Program-made: the position numbers and the translations under genes
The notes under the pieces: generated by a model
What the model saw: only the letters and a program-made list of their open reading frames with translations
Databases searched by the model: none
What the model was told of the DNA's origin: nothing
Shown here: piece by piece, positions 11,409-24,246 of the stretch
Layout: every line of letters begins with the position of its first letter
Numbering within the stretch: position 1 is the first letter of the stretch
Source: Squalus acanthias
Lineage: Eukaryota
Reading direction: 5' to 3'
NCBI GenBank assembly: GCA_030390025.1
Contig: JASTWF010000034.1
Span: forward strand, 1,736,001 to 1,800,000
DNA length: 64,000 nucleotides

Positions 11409-11569
11409 ACTGGACATTTGTGGTGTGATAGGACGCTTGCCTTAATGGTTTAATGTCCCCGTCTGGTGACACTAGGGCAACTTAATGTCACCCCGCTACA
11501 GGTAGTGAATAAAGGCCCAATCTGAAAATGTGAATGATCACTTCACCAATAGGAGCTTTCAATGGCGGT

Positions 11570-12090
11570 GACAGGATCCCCCGCGCGGCAGAAAGTGCCC
11601 TATCAATGACTACAGGAGCACAGTGCGCAGGCGCAGGGCAGTGGAGTCGTCCGATCATTCGCAGTGCGCGTGGTGACGTGGTGAGTAATGGCGGATCAAC
11701 GTCGGCAATTCGTAGAGCAAACACAGTCAACGATTTAGGTCAATGATCTTCGTCAGAGCATTTCCTGTTGTACTAATGGCCGAACAAGCGGCTCAAGAGA
11801 TGGGAGGCGATTCCGGGGTACGGGGTGCAATAGGAGCCGTGGCTGGGCTAGGAAGCCTCACAAACACCCGGCGTAGGCCTCAGCACCCGCGTCGCCAGGT
11901 CCGGCCGCCGGGGTGACTGTCCGCCATCTTGCGAGAGGATTTTTTCCGCGGCGACAGGCCCCGGTCATCCCGGCAACCGACCGCCATCTTGGTGAAGGAA
12001 GGCGGGACTTGTCCCCGCGCCGCCATCTTGGACAGGGCATAGTCATGGCGCATGCGCGGCCCTCTCCCAGTGCAGGTGCAGCAGCAGCGC
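11570..12090. promoter_or_regulatory. CpG-island-like promoter with 3 YY1-type and NRF1-type motifs
   Basis: CpG-rich relative to the flanks. CCGCCATCTT at 11921, 11981 and 12020. GCGCATGCGC at 12048-12057. TGCGCAGGCGCA near 11623. Confidence 0.75.
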
Positions 12091-12620
12091 ATTTTTATAT
12101 TCGTTTATGGGATGTGGGCGTCGCTGGCAAGGCCACCATTTATTGCCCATTCCCAATTGCCCTTGAGAAGGGGATGGTCAGATGTTTTCTTGAACCGCTG
12201 TAGTCCGTGTGGTGAAGGTACTCCCACATTGCTGTTAGATAGGGAGTTCCTGGATGTTGACCCAGTGACAATGAAGGATCGGCGATATACTTCAATGTCA
12301 GGATGGTGTGTGACTTGGATGGGAAATTTGAGGTGGTGATGTTCTCATGCGCCTGCTGCCCTTGTCCTTCTAGGTGGTGGTGGTCGCAGGTTTGGGAGGT
12401 GCTACCGAAGAAGCTTTGATGAGTTGCGGCAATGCATCTTGTAGATGGTACACACTGCAGCCACGGTACACCGGTGGTGGAGGGAGTGAATGTTTAAGGT
12501 GATGGATGGGTTGTCAATCAAGCGAGCTGCTTTGTCATGGATGGTGTCGACCTTCTTGAGTCTTGCTTGAGCTGTACTCATCAAGGCAAGTGGAGTGTAT
12601 TCCATCACACTTCTCGCACA
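12091..12620 (-). mobile_element. 3' end of a non-LTR retrotransposon (family distinct from the main CR1s)
   Basis: VMEYTPLA...DTIHDKAARLI...IHSLHHR...IYKMHC is an ORF2 C-terminus. The same family recurs at 44065-45740. Confidence 0.8.
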
Positions 12621-12852
12621 CGTGCTGTAGAACTGGAGCCAAGCAGAGCAGAGGGAGGGAGAGAGTGGGAGAGGGGCAAATATATGCTGCAATGGGTAAG
12701 GATTTCAGGAAAGGGAGTGTGTGTGTGGGACAGGAATTTACAACTTTTGGGGGAAACACGAGAGGAAATACTGTTCCACAGAAACTACAATTGTCTGTTC
12801 TGAATTTCTGTCCTGTACTTACAGTGATGACTTTTGTAAACTCCTTTTACAG

Positions 12853-13240
12853 GGTATTAGAAGGGAAGGATTTGCAGACAAGAAACTCAAACCAAACCGT
12901 GGGAATGTGGAGACTGTGAGAAGGGATTCAATTATCCATCTGAAATGCAAATTCATCAGCGCAGTCACATTGGGGAGAGACTGTTCACCATCTTCGTATG
13001 TGGGAAGGGATTCAGTCGGTCATCCATGCTGCTGAAACACCAGCGAGTTCACACTGATGAGAGACTGTTCAGTTGCTTTCACTGTGGGAAGAGATTCAGT
13101 CATCCCACCTCATTGAACACCAGCATGTTCACAGCGGAGAGAATCAGTTCACCTGCACCGTGTGTGCGAAGGGATTCACAAGGTCATCCAGTCTGCTGAA
13201 ACACCAGCAGATTCACTCTGACAGCAGACCTTTTAAAAGT
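12853..13240 (+). pseudogene. C2H2 zinc-finger exon, 4 fingers, disrupted
   Basis: Acceptor CTCCTTTTACAG ends at 12852. [23 protein letters not shown]; finger 2 lacks its first Cys; finger 3 is frameshifted near 13100; finger 4 reads [21 protein letters not shown]. Confidence 0.88.
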
Positions 13241-13589
13241 TATTTTAAGTATTGGTATGTATAGCTTATTATATAGAATACACTGTTTGACATATCAAAT
13301 TATATCAATATTAAGCTAGAATAACTAGGGATTAAGTTAGGTTAAAGCAGAGTCTAGATAGACACACATCTGCTGCCAAGCATGGGTGAGTGTGAAGATT
13401 GAATTTAATGCCAGCAGGGTGTCTGGAGGATTGCTGGGGAGTGTGGCCAGAGAATCAGTCCCTTTTGTAAAGGACATTGGAAGCTGTGTGGGCTTGAAGG
13501 TTACAGAAGCAGGCAATTAACACTCCTGTGTGGGAGAGTAATGAACAAACTAAGAGAGATTAATGGGCAAGCTCAACGAACAATAACAG

Positions 13590-13962
13590 TTCACCTCCCC
13601 ACTAAATCAGCAGCTCACCTCCCCACTAAACCAGCAGCTCACTGGCACACTACCAAGCAGCTCCCTCGCCCACTAAATCAGCAGCTCACTGGCCCACTAA
13701 ACCAGCAGCTCACTGACCCACTAAACAAACAGCTCCCTCGCCCACTAAATCAGCAGCTCACTGGCCCACTAAACCAGCAGCTCACTGGCCCACTAAACCA
13801 GCAGCTCACCGCCCCACTAAACCAGCAGCTCACTGGCCCACTAAACCAGCAACTCACTGGCCCACTAAACCAGCAGCTCACTGGCCCACTAAACCAGCAG
13901 CTCACTGGCCCACTAAACCAGCAGCTTGCCTCCCTACTAAGCAAGCTACTCGCCACCCCACT
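13590..13962 (+). repeat. 24-bp minisatellite
   Basis: Unit CCACTAAACCAGCAGCTCACTGGC, ~15 copies. Confidence 0.95.
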
Positions 13963-13967
13963 TAATC

Positions 13968-14933
13968 ATAGTGTTATTGTGAGGGCTGTGGGGTATTTCT
14001 GTGTGTTACAGTGAGGGGTGTGGGGTATATCAGTGTTACAGTGAGGGGTGTGGGGTATATCAGTGTGTTACAGTGAGAGGTGTGGGGTATATCAGTGTTA
14101 CAGTGAGGGGTGTTGGGTTTATCACTGTTACAGTGAGGGGTGTGGGGTATTATCAGTGTTACATTGAGGGGTGTGGGATATATCAGTGTTACAGTGAGGC
14201 ATATATTAGTGTTACAGTGAGGGGTGTGGGGCATATCAGTGCCTTACAGTGAGGGGCATATCGGTGTGTTAAAGTGAGGGGTGTGGGGTCTATCACTGTC
14301 ACAGTGAGGGGTGTTGGGTATATCACTGTTACAGTGAGGGGTGTGGGGTATTATCAGTGTTACAGTGAGGGATATATCAGTGTTACAGTGAGGGGTGTGA
14401 GGTATATCAGTGCGTTACAGTGAGGGGTGTGGGTTATATCAGTGTGTTACAGTGAGGGGTGTTGGATAATTCAGTGTTACAGTGAGGGAAGTGGGGTATA
14501 TCGGCGTGTTACAGTGAGGGGTGATGGGTATATCACTGTTACAGTGAGGGGTGTGGGGGATATCAGAGTATTATAGTGAGGGGTGTGGGGTATATCAGTG
14601 TTACAGTGAGTGGTGTGGGGTATATAAGTGTTACGGTGAGGGGTGTGGGGTATATCAGTATGTTACATTGAGTGGTGTGGGGTATATCTATGTGTTACAG
14701 TGAGTGGTGTGGGGCGTATCGGCGTGGTACAGTTAGGGGTGTGGGACGTATCGGCATGTTACAGTGAGGGGTGTGGAGGGTTTCGGTGTGTTACACTGAG
14801 GGGTGTGGGACGTATCGGCGTGTTACAGTGAGGGGTGTGGGGCGTATCGACGTGTTACAGTGAGGGGTGTGGGGTATATCAGTGTTACAGTGAGGGGTGT
14901 GGGGTATATCAGTGTTACAGTGAGGGGTGTGGA
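13968..14933 (+). repeat. ~30-32-bp G-rich minisatellite
   Basis: Unit CAGTGTTACAGTGAGGGGTGTGGGGTATAT, ~30 copies. Confidence 0.95.
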
Positions 14934-14934
14934 G

Positions 14935-15095
14935 TCTATCAAAAGGGGATTGGATAAGTGCCTGAAGGAATAAAAAATTGCAGTGCTCTGGTGAAAGTTC
15001 GTGGGATTGGGACTTGCTGAAATGCTCTTGCAGAGAGCCGGCATGGGCTCGATGGGCCGTAAAGCCTCCTTCTGTACTGTAACCATTCTATGATT
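14935..15095 (+). mobile_element. CR1 3' UTR fragment
   Basis: ...GATGGGCCG..GCCTCCTTCTGTACTGTAACCATTCTATGATT, a CR1-type 3' end. Confidence 0.7.
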
Positions 15096-15112
15096 TTATA
15101 GATCCAGAGATG

Positions 15113-16215
15113 TACAACAACAACAATAACTTGTATTTAAATAGCGCCTTTAACCTAGTAAAACGTCCCAAGGCGCTTCACAGGAGTATTTTAAGAGAAA
15201 CAATTTGACACTGAGCCACATAAGGATAAATTAGGAGAGGTAACTTGAAGCTTGGTCAAAGTGTTAGGTTTTAATGAGCGTCTTCACCGAGAAAGAGAGG
15301 TAGCGATGCGGAGAGGTTTAGGTTGGGAATTCCAGAACTTAGGGCCTAGGCAACAGAAGGCACGGCCACCAAATGTTGAGCGATTATAATCAGGGATGCT
15401 CAAGAGGGCAGAATTAGAGGAGCGCAGATATGTCGGGGGGGGGGGGGGGTGGCGGAGTTGTGGGGCTGAAGGAGATTAGAGATAGGAAGGGGCGAGGCCA
15501 TGGCGGGATTTGAAAACAAGGATGAGAATTTTGAAATCGACGTGCTGCTTAAACAGGAGCCAGTGTAGTTCAGCGAGCACAGGGGAGATGAGCGAATGGG
15601 ACTTGGTAAGAGTTAGGACATGGCCAGCCGAGTTTTGGATGGCCTCAAGTTGACATAGGGTGGAATGTGGGAGGCCAGTCGGGAGTGCGTTGGAACAGTC
15701 AAGTCTAGAAGTAACAAAGGCATGGATGATGGTTTCAGCAGCGGATGAGATGAGGTAAGGGCGGAGACGGGGGTGGAAGTAGGCTGCCTTTGTTATGCTG
15801 CGGATATGTGGTCGGAAGCTCATTTCAGGGTCAAATATGACACCAATGTTGTGAACAGTGTGGTTCAGCCTCAGACAGATGTTAGGGAGAGGGATGGAGT
15901 CAGTGGCTAGGGAACGGTGTTGGTGGCGGGGACTGAAAACAATGGCTTCGGTCTTCCCAATATATAATTGGAAAAACTTTTTGCTCAACCAGAACTGGAT
16001 GTCGGTCAAGCAGTCTGTCAATTTAGACACCGTGGAGGGGTCGACAGAAGAGTTAGTGAGGTAGAGCTGGGTGTCGTCAGCGTACATGTGGAAACTGGCG
16101 CTGTATTTTTGCATATTGTCGCCAAGGGGCAACATGTAGCTGAGAAATAGGACGGGGCCAAGGAAATATCTTTCGGGGACACCAGCGGTAACGTGTGGGA
16201 GCGGGAAGAGAGGCG
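15113..16215 (-). mobile_element. L2-clade LINE, 5'-truncated
   Basis: ORF 15476-16135 has FHMYADDTQLY and HAFVTSRLD. Tail ACAACAACAA..TTGTATTTAAATAGCGCC. Confidence 0.92.
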
Positions 16216-16897
16216 AGCTGATATTCTGATCGTTTAATCACACTATGATCTCAGCCCCAGACGCATCCCTCACTGCAGAGAGAGAGAGAGAGAGTGAGAG
16301 GCAGAGACAGTGAGGGAGCAGATACGTAGAGAGGGCAAGAAACACTGGGGTAGAGTTTGACGTTTAGTAGGTGCTATATTACAAACTGGGTAATTGTGAA
16401 TCAGCCACCCATTTTACACCAATGGAAATAAAACTCGGGAGAGATGTAGGGCAGGATCCCGGTTCATTCCCGGAGACGGGGCTGATTGTACACCCTGTGT
16501 TCATGCCCAGTGAGACTGCACACCAGGAGCAAAGCCTGGTCAATGTGACCCTGTGACACCGAGTGGGAGGGGCTCCGACGCTTTAAGACATCACTGCTGG
16601 CTGCTGTGTGATTGGCTCCTGGCTTCTGTGTGATGTCACCTGGAGACAGAGCCCTGCCCCTGATTACGGCCCATCAGTGGGATGTCAGTGTGGGAGGAGC
16701 TAGAGTGACAGCTGACACTGGGGGTAAGTTTAGTCCCAATAAACAGGGAAATGGAAACAAAAGAACTATTCAAAATTAAAGTAAGTAATTCAAACACACT
16801 GATTCATTGCAAAAATAATCACATTGAATATAATTATGGTCACAAAAATGCTCCCCCTGTATTCTGACATTAATATAAATCATTTTTGTATTGACAG

Positions 16898-17114
16898 TCT
16901 GTGGGAGTGAGCAATTTCTCAGGAAGGTGGAGAGAGAGAAGTCGAATCATCGCCTCACTCACTGGGACTGGAGAAATGTCGCTGGGTTCAGAGAGCAGAT
17001 CTGGTGGGATCGAGACCCCCAGTGTCGGAGACGGGATAAAACGGGAAGCTTCAACAATGATTGGAAAAGTGAGGAACTTTACTGAGAATCCCATCAGTCC
17101 AGGATTTTGCTGAG
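16898..17114 (+). other. Candidate internal exon, with an upstream first-exon donor at 16724
   Basis: GGG|GTAAGT at 16724, acceptor TTTTTGTATTGACAG at 16897 and donor GAG|GTGAGA at 17115, all in non-repeat sequence. Confidence 0.4.
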
Positions 17115-17194
17115 GTGAGAGTCTAACCAGATACTGGGAGCTGGTCAACATCTGCCCTCAGGCTCGGCCTTTGATGCCACAAGTTGAGCGGAGC

Positions 17195-17668
17195 TTAACT
17201 CGGAGATAAACCTTGCCCGTACCTCACCCGGGAGAGTTTGACACTTACATGTAGAGGGATCTTTATTCTGTATTGACCTCATGATGTACCCGAGCTGGTT
17301 GTGCTTCCTTGGCTAGTGACAAGGGAGCTGTACGCTGCACATGCTGTATTAGAGGGAGCTTTGCACGTCACCCGCGCTGTACCTGCCCTGCGAGTGTTTG
17401 ATTGGGCAGTGCAAGGGAGCTTTACTCTGCATCTCACTATCTAACCTGTGCTATACCTGCACTTGGACTGTTTGATTGGGCAGTGTAAAGGGAGCATTAC
17501 TCTGTATCACTCGATCTAACCTGTGCTACCTGCCCTTGGACTGTTTGATTGGGCAGTGTAAAGGGAGCTTTACTCTGTATCTCTCTATCTAACCTGTGCT
17601 ATACCTGCCCTTGGATTGTTTGATTGGGCAGTGTAAAGGGAGCTTTACTCTGTGTATAACCCATGCTA
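17195..17668 (-). repeat. 67-bp-family minisatellite, inverted and degenerate
   Basis: GGGAGCTTTACTCTGTATC..TAACC..TGCTATACCTGCCC..TGTTTGAT is the reverse complement of the unit at 6585. Confidence 0.9.
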
Positions 17669-17761
17669 CATGCAGGATGATTTTGGCAAATGGAACTCAA
17701 TCCGGAGAAGTGTGAGGTAATGCATTTGGGGAGGGCTAACAAGTCAACGGATCCTACACTG

Positions 17762-18760
17762 AGGAACATAGGAAGAGGAGTCGGCCATTCAGCCCCTCGA
17801 GCCTGTTGCCCCATTCAATGCGATCATTGATTTGGTTAATAAAAAGCAATGAATCTCTGATTTAAAATTATCAATTGATCGAACATCAATTTTCGTTTGT
17901 GGAAGGGAGCTCCAAACTTCTACCACTCTTTGTGTGTAGAAGTGTTTCCTAATTTCACTCCTGAAAGGACTGCCTCTAATTCTTAGATTGTGCTCCAAGT
18001 CCTAGAATCCCCAGCAGTGGAAATAGTTTCTCGCTATCTACTATATCTGTTCCACTTATTATCCTGAAAACTTGGCTCAGATCAACCCTTAACCTTCTAA
18101 ATTCTAGGGAATAGAACCCTAATTTGTGTAATCTCTCCTCGTAACTTGAAGTCTGGGTATCATTCTGGTAAACCTACGCTGCACTCCCTGCAAGGCCAAT
18201 ATATCCTTCCTAAGCTGTGTTGCCCAGGACTGCTCACCGAACTCCAGGTGTGGTCTAACCAGGGCTTTGTATAGCTGCAGAATAACTTCTACCCCCTTGT
18301 AATCTAGTCCTTTAGATATAAAGGCCAGCATTCCATGAGCCTTTTTGATTATTTACTGTACCTGTCCAAGACATTTTAATGATCTATGTACCTGGACCCC
18401 CAAATCTCTTTGGACATCCACTCTTTTTAGCTTTTCATATTTAGAAAGTAACCTGTTCTATCCTTTTGGGGTCCAAAGTGGATGACCTCACATTTGCTTA
18501 CATTGAAATCCATTTGCCATAGTTTTGCCCATTCCCTTAATCTGCCGATATACCTTTGTAATTTTATGGTTTCACCTACACTGCCTACAATGCTGCCTAT
18601 CTTTGTGTCATCGGCACATTTGGGTATATTACTTTCTATAACATCACCGAATTCATTAATAAATATTGTGAATAGCTGAGGCCCCAAAACGCAGCCCTGC
18701 CGGACACCAGGAGTCACATCCTGCCAATTTGAGTAACTACCCATTATCCCTACGCTGTAT
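17762..18760 (-). mobile_element. Degraded 5'-truncated CR1
   Basis: GVRQGCVLGPQLF, CADDTK and LVRPHLE across several frames. GAACATAG tail. Confidence 0.92.
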
Positions 18761-18767
18761 CCTGACG

Positions 18768-19022
18768 CTTTATAAAGGGTTATAAAGGATTATGGTGGGT
18801 TATAAATTATTATAATAGAATATAAAGTATTATACTGATATATAACGGTTGCTAATAGAATATAAACTGTTATAATGATTGACAAAGGATTACCAAGGGT
18901 TATACAACATCTTAAAGGGACTTAAATGGGGTACAAAGTGATACTGATTATGATAAACGACATAATCATTTACAAAAGATTTATAAAGGGTTGTTAAGGA
19001 TTATCATTTATAAAGAGTTATA
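18768..19022. repeat. Degenerate AT-rich ~10-bp repeat (TTATAAAGGG-like)
   Basis: Repeated TTATAA cores. Confidence 0.7.
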
Positions 19023-19572
19023 AGACTCCCTCTATACTCTCCCATCAAACACTCCCAAAGCAGGTAGATCACGTGGTTCGATACAGAGTAAAGCTCCCTC
19101 TACACTGCCCCATCAAACACTCCCAAAGCAGGTACAGCACGGGTTAGATACAGAGTAAAGCTCCCTCTATAATGCCCCATCAAACACTCCCAGGGCAGGT
19201 ACAGCACGGGTTAGATACAGAGTAAAGCTGCCTCTACACTGTCCCATCAAACACTCCCAGGGCAGGTACAGCACGGGTTAGATACTGAGTAAAGCACCCT
19301 TTGCACTGTTCTATCAATCTTTCCCAGGGCAGTTTCAGACCATGTTTGATACAGAGTAAAGCTCCCTCTACACTGTCCCATTAAATGCTCCCAGGACAGG
19401 GGCAGCACGGGTTAGATACAGAGTAAAGCACCCTCGATACTGTCCATCAAACTCTCCTAGCGTACTTAGACATGGGTTCGATACAGAATATAGCTCCCTC
19501 TACAATGTTCCAACAAACACTCCCACGGCAGGAACAGCATGAGCTCGATACAGATTAAAGCTCCCTCTGCAC
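19023..19572 (+). repeat. 67-bp minisatellite, ~8 units
   Basis: Same unit as 6585-6848. Confidence 0.95.
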
Positions 19573-19604
19573 TTTTCTTCAGTTTTTTTCCCCGATCGCT
19601 CTCT

Positions 19605-20029
19605 ACCTTGCGTGCTCTCTCTCTCTCTCTCTCACACACACCTACACATAAGCATTCTCTCTCTCACTCACGCTCACACGCAAACACCAGCATTCTCTTT
19701 CTCTCTCTCTCTCTCTCACATACACACACACACAAAGCTTTCTCTCTCACACACAAACGCAAACACCAGCTATCTCTCTCTCTCTGACACACAAACACAG
19801 CTATCTCTGTTTCTCTCACACAAACACCAGCTTTCTCTGTTTCTCTCACACAAACACCAGCTTTCTCTCACACTCACACTAACACTAGCTTTATCTTTCT
19901 CTCACACACACACCAGCGTTCTCCAACAAAAACACCAGCTTTCTCTCTCTCTTTCTCTCACACAAACACCAGCTTTCTTTCTCTCTATCTCACACACAAA
20001 CACCAGCTTTCTCTCACACACACACACTT

Positions 20030-20075
<46 letters not shown>

Positions 20076-20288
20076 CAGCTTTCTCTCTCTCTCTCTCTCT
20101 CTCTCTCACAAACACCAGCATTCTCATTCTCTCTCTCTCTCTCACACACACAAACACAAACACCACCTTTCTCTCCCACACACACACAAACACCAGCTTT
20201 CTCTCTATCTTTCTGTCACACACACACAAACACCATCTCTCTCTCTCTCACAAACACCAGCTCTCTTTCTCTCTCTCACACAAACATC

Positions 20289-20328
<40 letters not shown>

Positions 20329-21043
20329 CGCACCAGTTTTCTCTCTCTCTCACACACACAAACACCAGCTTTTTCTCTCACACACAAGCACCAGCTCTCT
20401 CTCTCTCTCTTACAAACACCAGCTTTCTCTTTCTCTTTCTCTCTCACACAAACACCAGCTTTCTCTTTCTCTCTCTCTCTCTCACAAACAACAGGTTTCT
20501 CTTTCTCTCTCTCTCACACGCACACTCTCTCAAACACCAGCTTTCTCTCTCACACACACACTGTCTCTCTCAAACACAGGCGTTCTCTCTCTCACACACA
20601 CACACTCTCTGAAACACCAGCTTTATCTCTCTCTCTCACACACACATCCAAACACCAGCTTTCTCTCTCTCTCTCTCACACACACACACCAGCTTTCTCT
20701 CTCTCTCACACACACACACACACCAGCTTTCTCTCTCTCTCTCACACACACAAAAAACAGATTTCTCTCTCAGACAAACACGATCTTTCTCTGTCTCTCT
20801 CACAAACACACACACAAGCTTTCTTTCTCCATCTCTCTCGCACACAATCACCGACTTTCTCACACAAACACCAGCTTTCTCTCTCTCACACACAAACAGC
20901 AGCTTACCCTTTTTTTCTCTCTCTCTCTCACACACACACATGTGCGCTTTCTCTCTCTCTGTTTCACACACACGCACACACACGCTTTCTCTCTCTCCTC
21001 TCTCTCCTCTCACTCTCTCTCACACACAAACACCAGCTTTCTA

Positions 21044-21074
<31 letters not shown>

Positions 21075-21590
21075 AACACTAGCTTTCTGTCTCTCTCTCA
21101 CACACACAAACTCCCGCTTTGTCTGTCCTCTCTCACACACACACACAAACACCAGCTTTCTCTTTCTCTTTCTCACAAATACCAGCTTGCTTTCTCTCCC
21201 TCTCTCTCTCTCTCTCAAACACACACACCAGCTCTCTCTCTCTCTCTCTCTCTCTCTCAAAGAAATACCAGCTTTCACTATTTCTCTTTCTCTCTCACTC
21301 ACACACAAACACCAACTTTCTCTCTCTCACATACACAAACACTAGCTTTCTCTCTCTCACACACACAAAAAACAGCTTTCTCTCTCTCAAAAACGATCTG
21401 TCTCTCTCTCTCACACACAAGCACCAGCTTTTTCTATCTCACACACAAACACCAGCTTTCTCTCTCTCCCTCACACAAACACCTGCTTTCTCTCTCTCTC
21501 TCACAAACACCAGATTTCGCTCTCTCTCTCTCTTTCACACAAGCACCAGCATTCTCTCTCTCTCATTCTCACACACACCCGCTTTCTCTT

Positions 21591-21622
<32 letters not shown>

Positions 21623-21845
21623 GCACTTTGTGTCTCTCACACACACAAACAGCAGCTTTCTCACTCTCTCACTCACACACACAAACACAAGCTTCTCTCT
21701 CATACAAACACCAACATTCCCTCACATAGACAAGCAGCAACTTTCTTTCTCTCTCTCTCACACACACATAAACACCAGCTTTCTCTCTCTCGCTCACACA
21801 AACACCAACTTTCGCTCTCTCTCGCTCACACAAACACCAGCTTTA

Positions 21846-21879
<34 letters not shown>

Positions 21880-22144
21880 TCAAACACAAGCTTTCTCTCT
21901 CACACAAGCTTTCTCTTTCTCTCACACACAAAAACACCACCTTTCTCTCTCACGCAATCACCAGCTTTCTCTCTCTCTCTCACACACATAGCAGTTTTCT
22001 CTCTCACTCACACACACCAGCTTTCTGTCTCTCTCTCTCTCTCATTCACACACACTCACAAACACTAGCTTTCTCTCACACACACCAGCTTTCTCTCACT
22101 CACAAACAGCTTTTTCTCTCTCACACAGAAACACCAGCTTTCTG

Positions 22145-22185
<41 letters not shown>

Positions 22186-22800
22186 AACAGCAGCTTTCTC
22201 TCTCTCTCTCTCACACACAAACAGCAGCTTTCTCTCTCACTCTGTCTCTCATACAAACACCAGCATTCCCTCACATACACAAGCAGCAACTTTCTTTCTC
22301 TCTCACTCACACACAAACACCAGCTTTCTCTCTCTCGCTCACACAAACACCAGCTTAATCTCTCTCTCTCACACACACATACTCAAACACAAGCTTTCTC
22401 TCTCACACAAGCTTTCTCTTACACACACAAACACCAGCTTTCTCTACTCATACTCACACAAACACCAGCTTTCTCTCTCTCGCTCTCACACACACAAGCA
22501 CCAACTTTCTCTCGCTCTCGGACGCACGCACACGCACACGCACACACACACCAGCTTGTTTTCTCTTTCTCTGTCTCTCACACACAGAAACACCAGCATT
22601 CTCTCTCTCACACACGCACCAGCTTTTTCTCTGTCAAACACAAAAATACACGCTTTCTCTCTCTCTCTCTCTCTCTCAGACACACATACACCAGCTTTCT
22701 CTCTCTCTCACACAAATACCAGCTGTCTGTCTCTCTCTCACACACAGCAGCTTTCTCTCTCTCAAACACGCACACACCAGCTTTCTCTCTCACTCACTCA

Positions 22801-22850
<50 letters not shown>

Positions 22851-24246
22851 CCAGCTTTCTCTCTCTCTCACACACAGAACACCAGCTTTCTCTCTCTCTC
22901 ACACACAAACACAAGCTTTCTCTCTCTCTCGCACGCACACACACATAAACACAGGCTTTATCTCTCTCTCTCACACTTAAACACTCAAACACAAGCTTTC
23001 TCTCTCACACACACACAAGCTTTCTCTTTCTCTTACACACACACACCAGCTTTCTCTTCTCTCTCTCTCACCCACACACACACCAACACTTACTTTCTCG
23101 CTCTCACACACAAGCACCAACTTTCTCTCGCTCTCAGTCTCTCTCACCCACACACACACACGCTTTCTCTCTCTCACACACACACACAAACACCAGCTTT
23201 CTCTCTCTCACACAAGCACCCGCTTTCTCTCTCTCACACAAACTCCAGCGTTCCCTGTCTCTCTCTCACACACACACACACAAACCAGCCTGCTTTCTCT
23301 CTCTCTCTCTGTCTCTTACACACACACAAACCAGTCTGCTTTCTCTCTCTCTCTCTGTCTCTTACACACACAAACACCAGCTTTCTCTTTCTCTCTCTCG
23401 CACACAAACACCAGCTGTCTCTTTTACTCTCTCTCTCACACACAAAAACATTTCTCTCTCACACACAAAAAACAGCTTTCTCTCTCACACACACACGCAA
23501 GCTTTCTTTCTCTCTCTCTCCCACACAATCACTGACTTTCTCACACAAACACCAGCGTTCCCTCTCTCTCGCTCACAGTAACACCAGCGTTCCCTTTTTT
23601 TCTCTCTCTCTCTCTTTCTCACAAACACACAAATACCAGCTTTCTCTCTCACACACACACACAATAAACAGCTTTCTCTCTCTCTCAAAAACGATCTTTC
23701 TCTCTCACACAGACGCACCAGCTTTCTCTCTCCCTCACACAAACACCAGCTTTCTCTCTCTTGCTCACACAAGCACCAGCTTTCTCTCTCTCTTACTCAC
23801 ACACCCGCTTTCTCTTTCTCACACTCTCACACACACACACACTTTCTCTCTCTCACACACAGAAACACCAGCGTTCTCTCACAGAAACACCAGCTTACTC
23901 TCTCTCTCAGACAAACACCACCTTTCTTTCTCTATCACAAACAAACATCAGCTTTCTCTCTCTCTCTCTCGCTCTTTCTCTCACAGACACCAGCTTTCTC
24001 TCTCTCTCACACACACACAGAAGCTTTCTGTCTCTCTCTCACACACACACAAACACTAGCTTTCTCTCACACACACCAGCTTTCTCTCACACATAAACAG
24101 CTTTTTCTCTCTCTCACTCTCCCACACACACACAAACACAAGCTTTCTCTCACACACACACACCATCTTTCTTTCTCTCTCTCTCACATACAAACAACAG
24201 CTTTCTCTCTCATACAAACACCAACATTCTCTCTCACACACAAGCA
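19605..24246 (+). repeat. Compound (CT)n(CA)n-AAACACCAGCTTT minisatellite, ~4.6 kb
   Basis: Constant AAACACCAGCTTT core separated by variable CT and CA runs. Confidence 0.97.

Noticed and set aside
13541..14014. 157-aa PLNQQLTG-repeat protein
   Set aside because: In-frame translation of a 24-bp minisatellite, with no splice or homology support.
16345..16560. Possible Harbinger-type MITE end (GGGGTAGAGTTTG...)
   Set aside because: No matching second terminus or TSD could be identified, so support is too weak.
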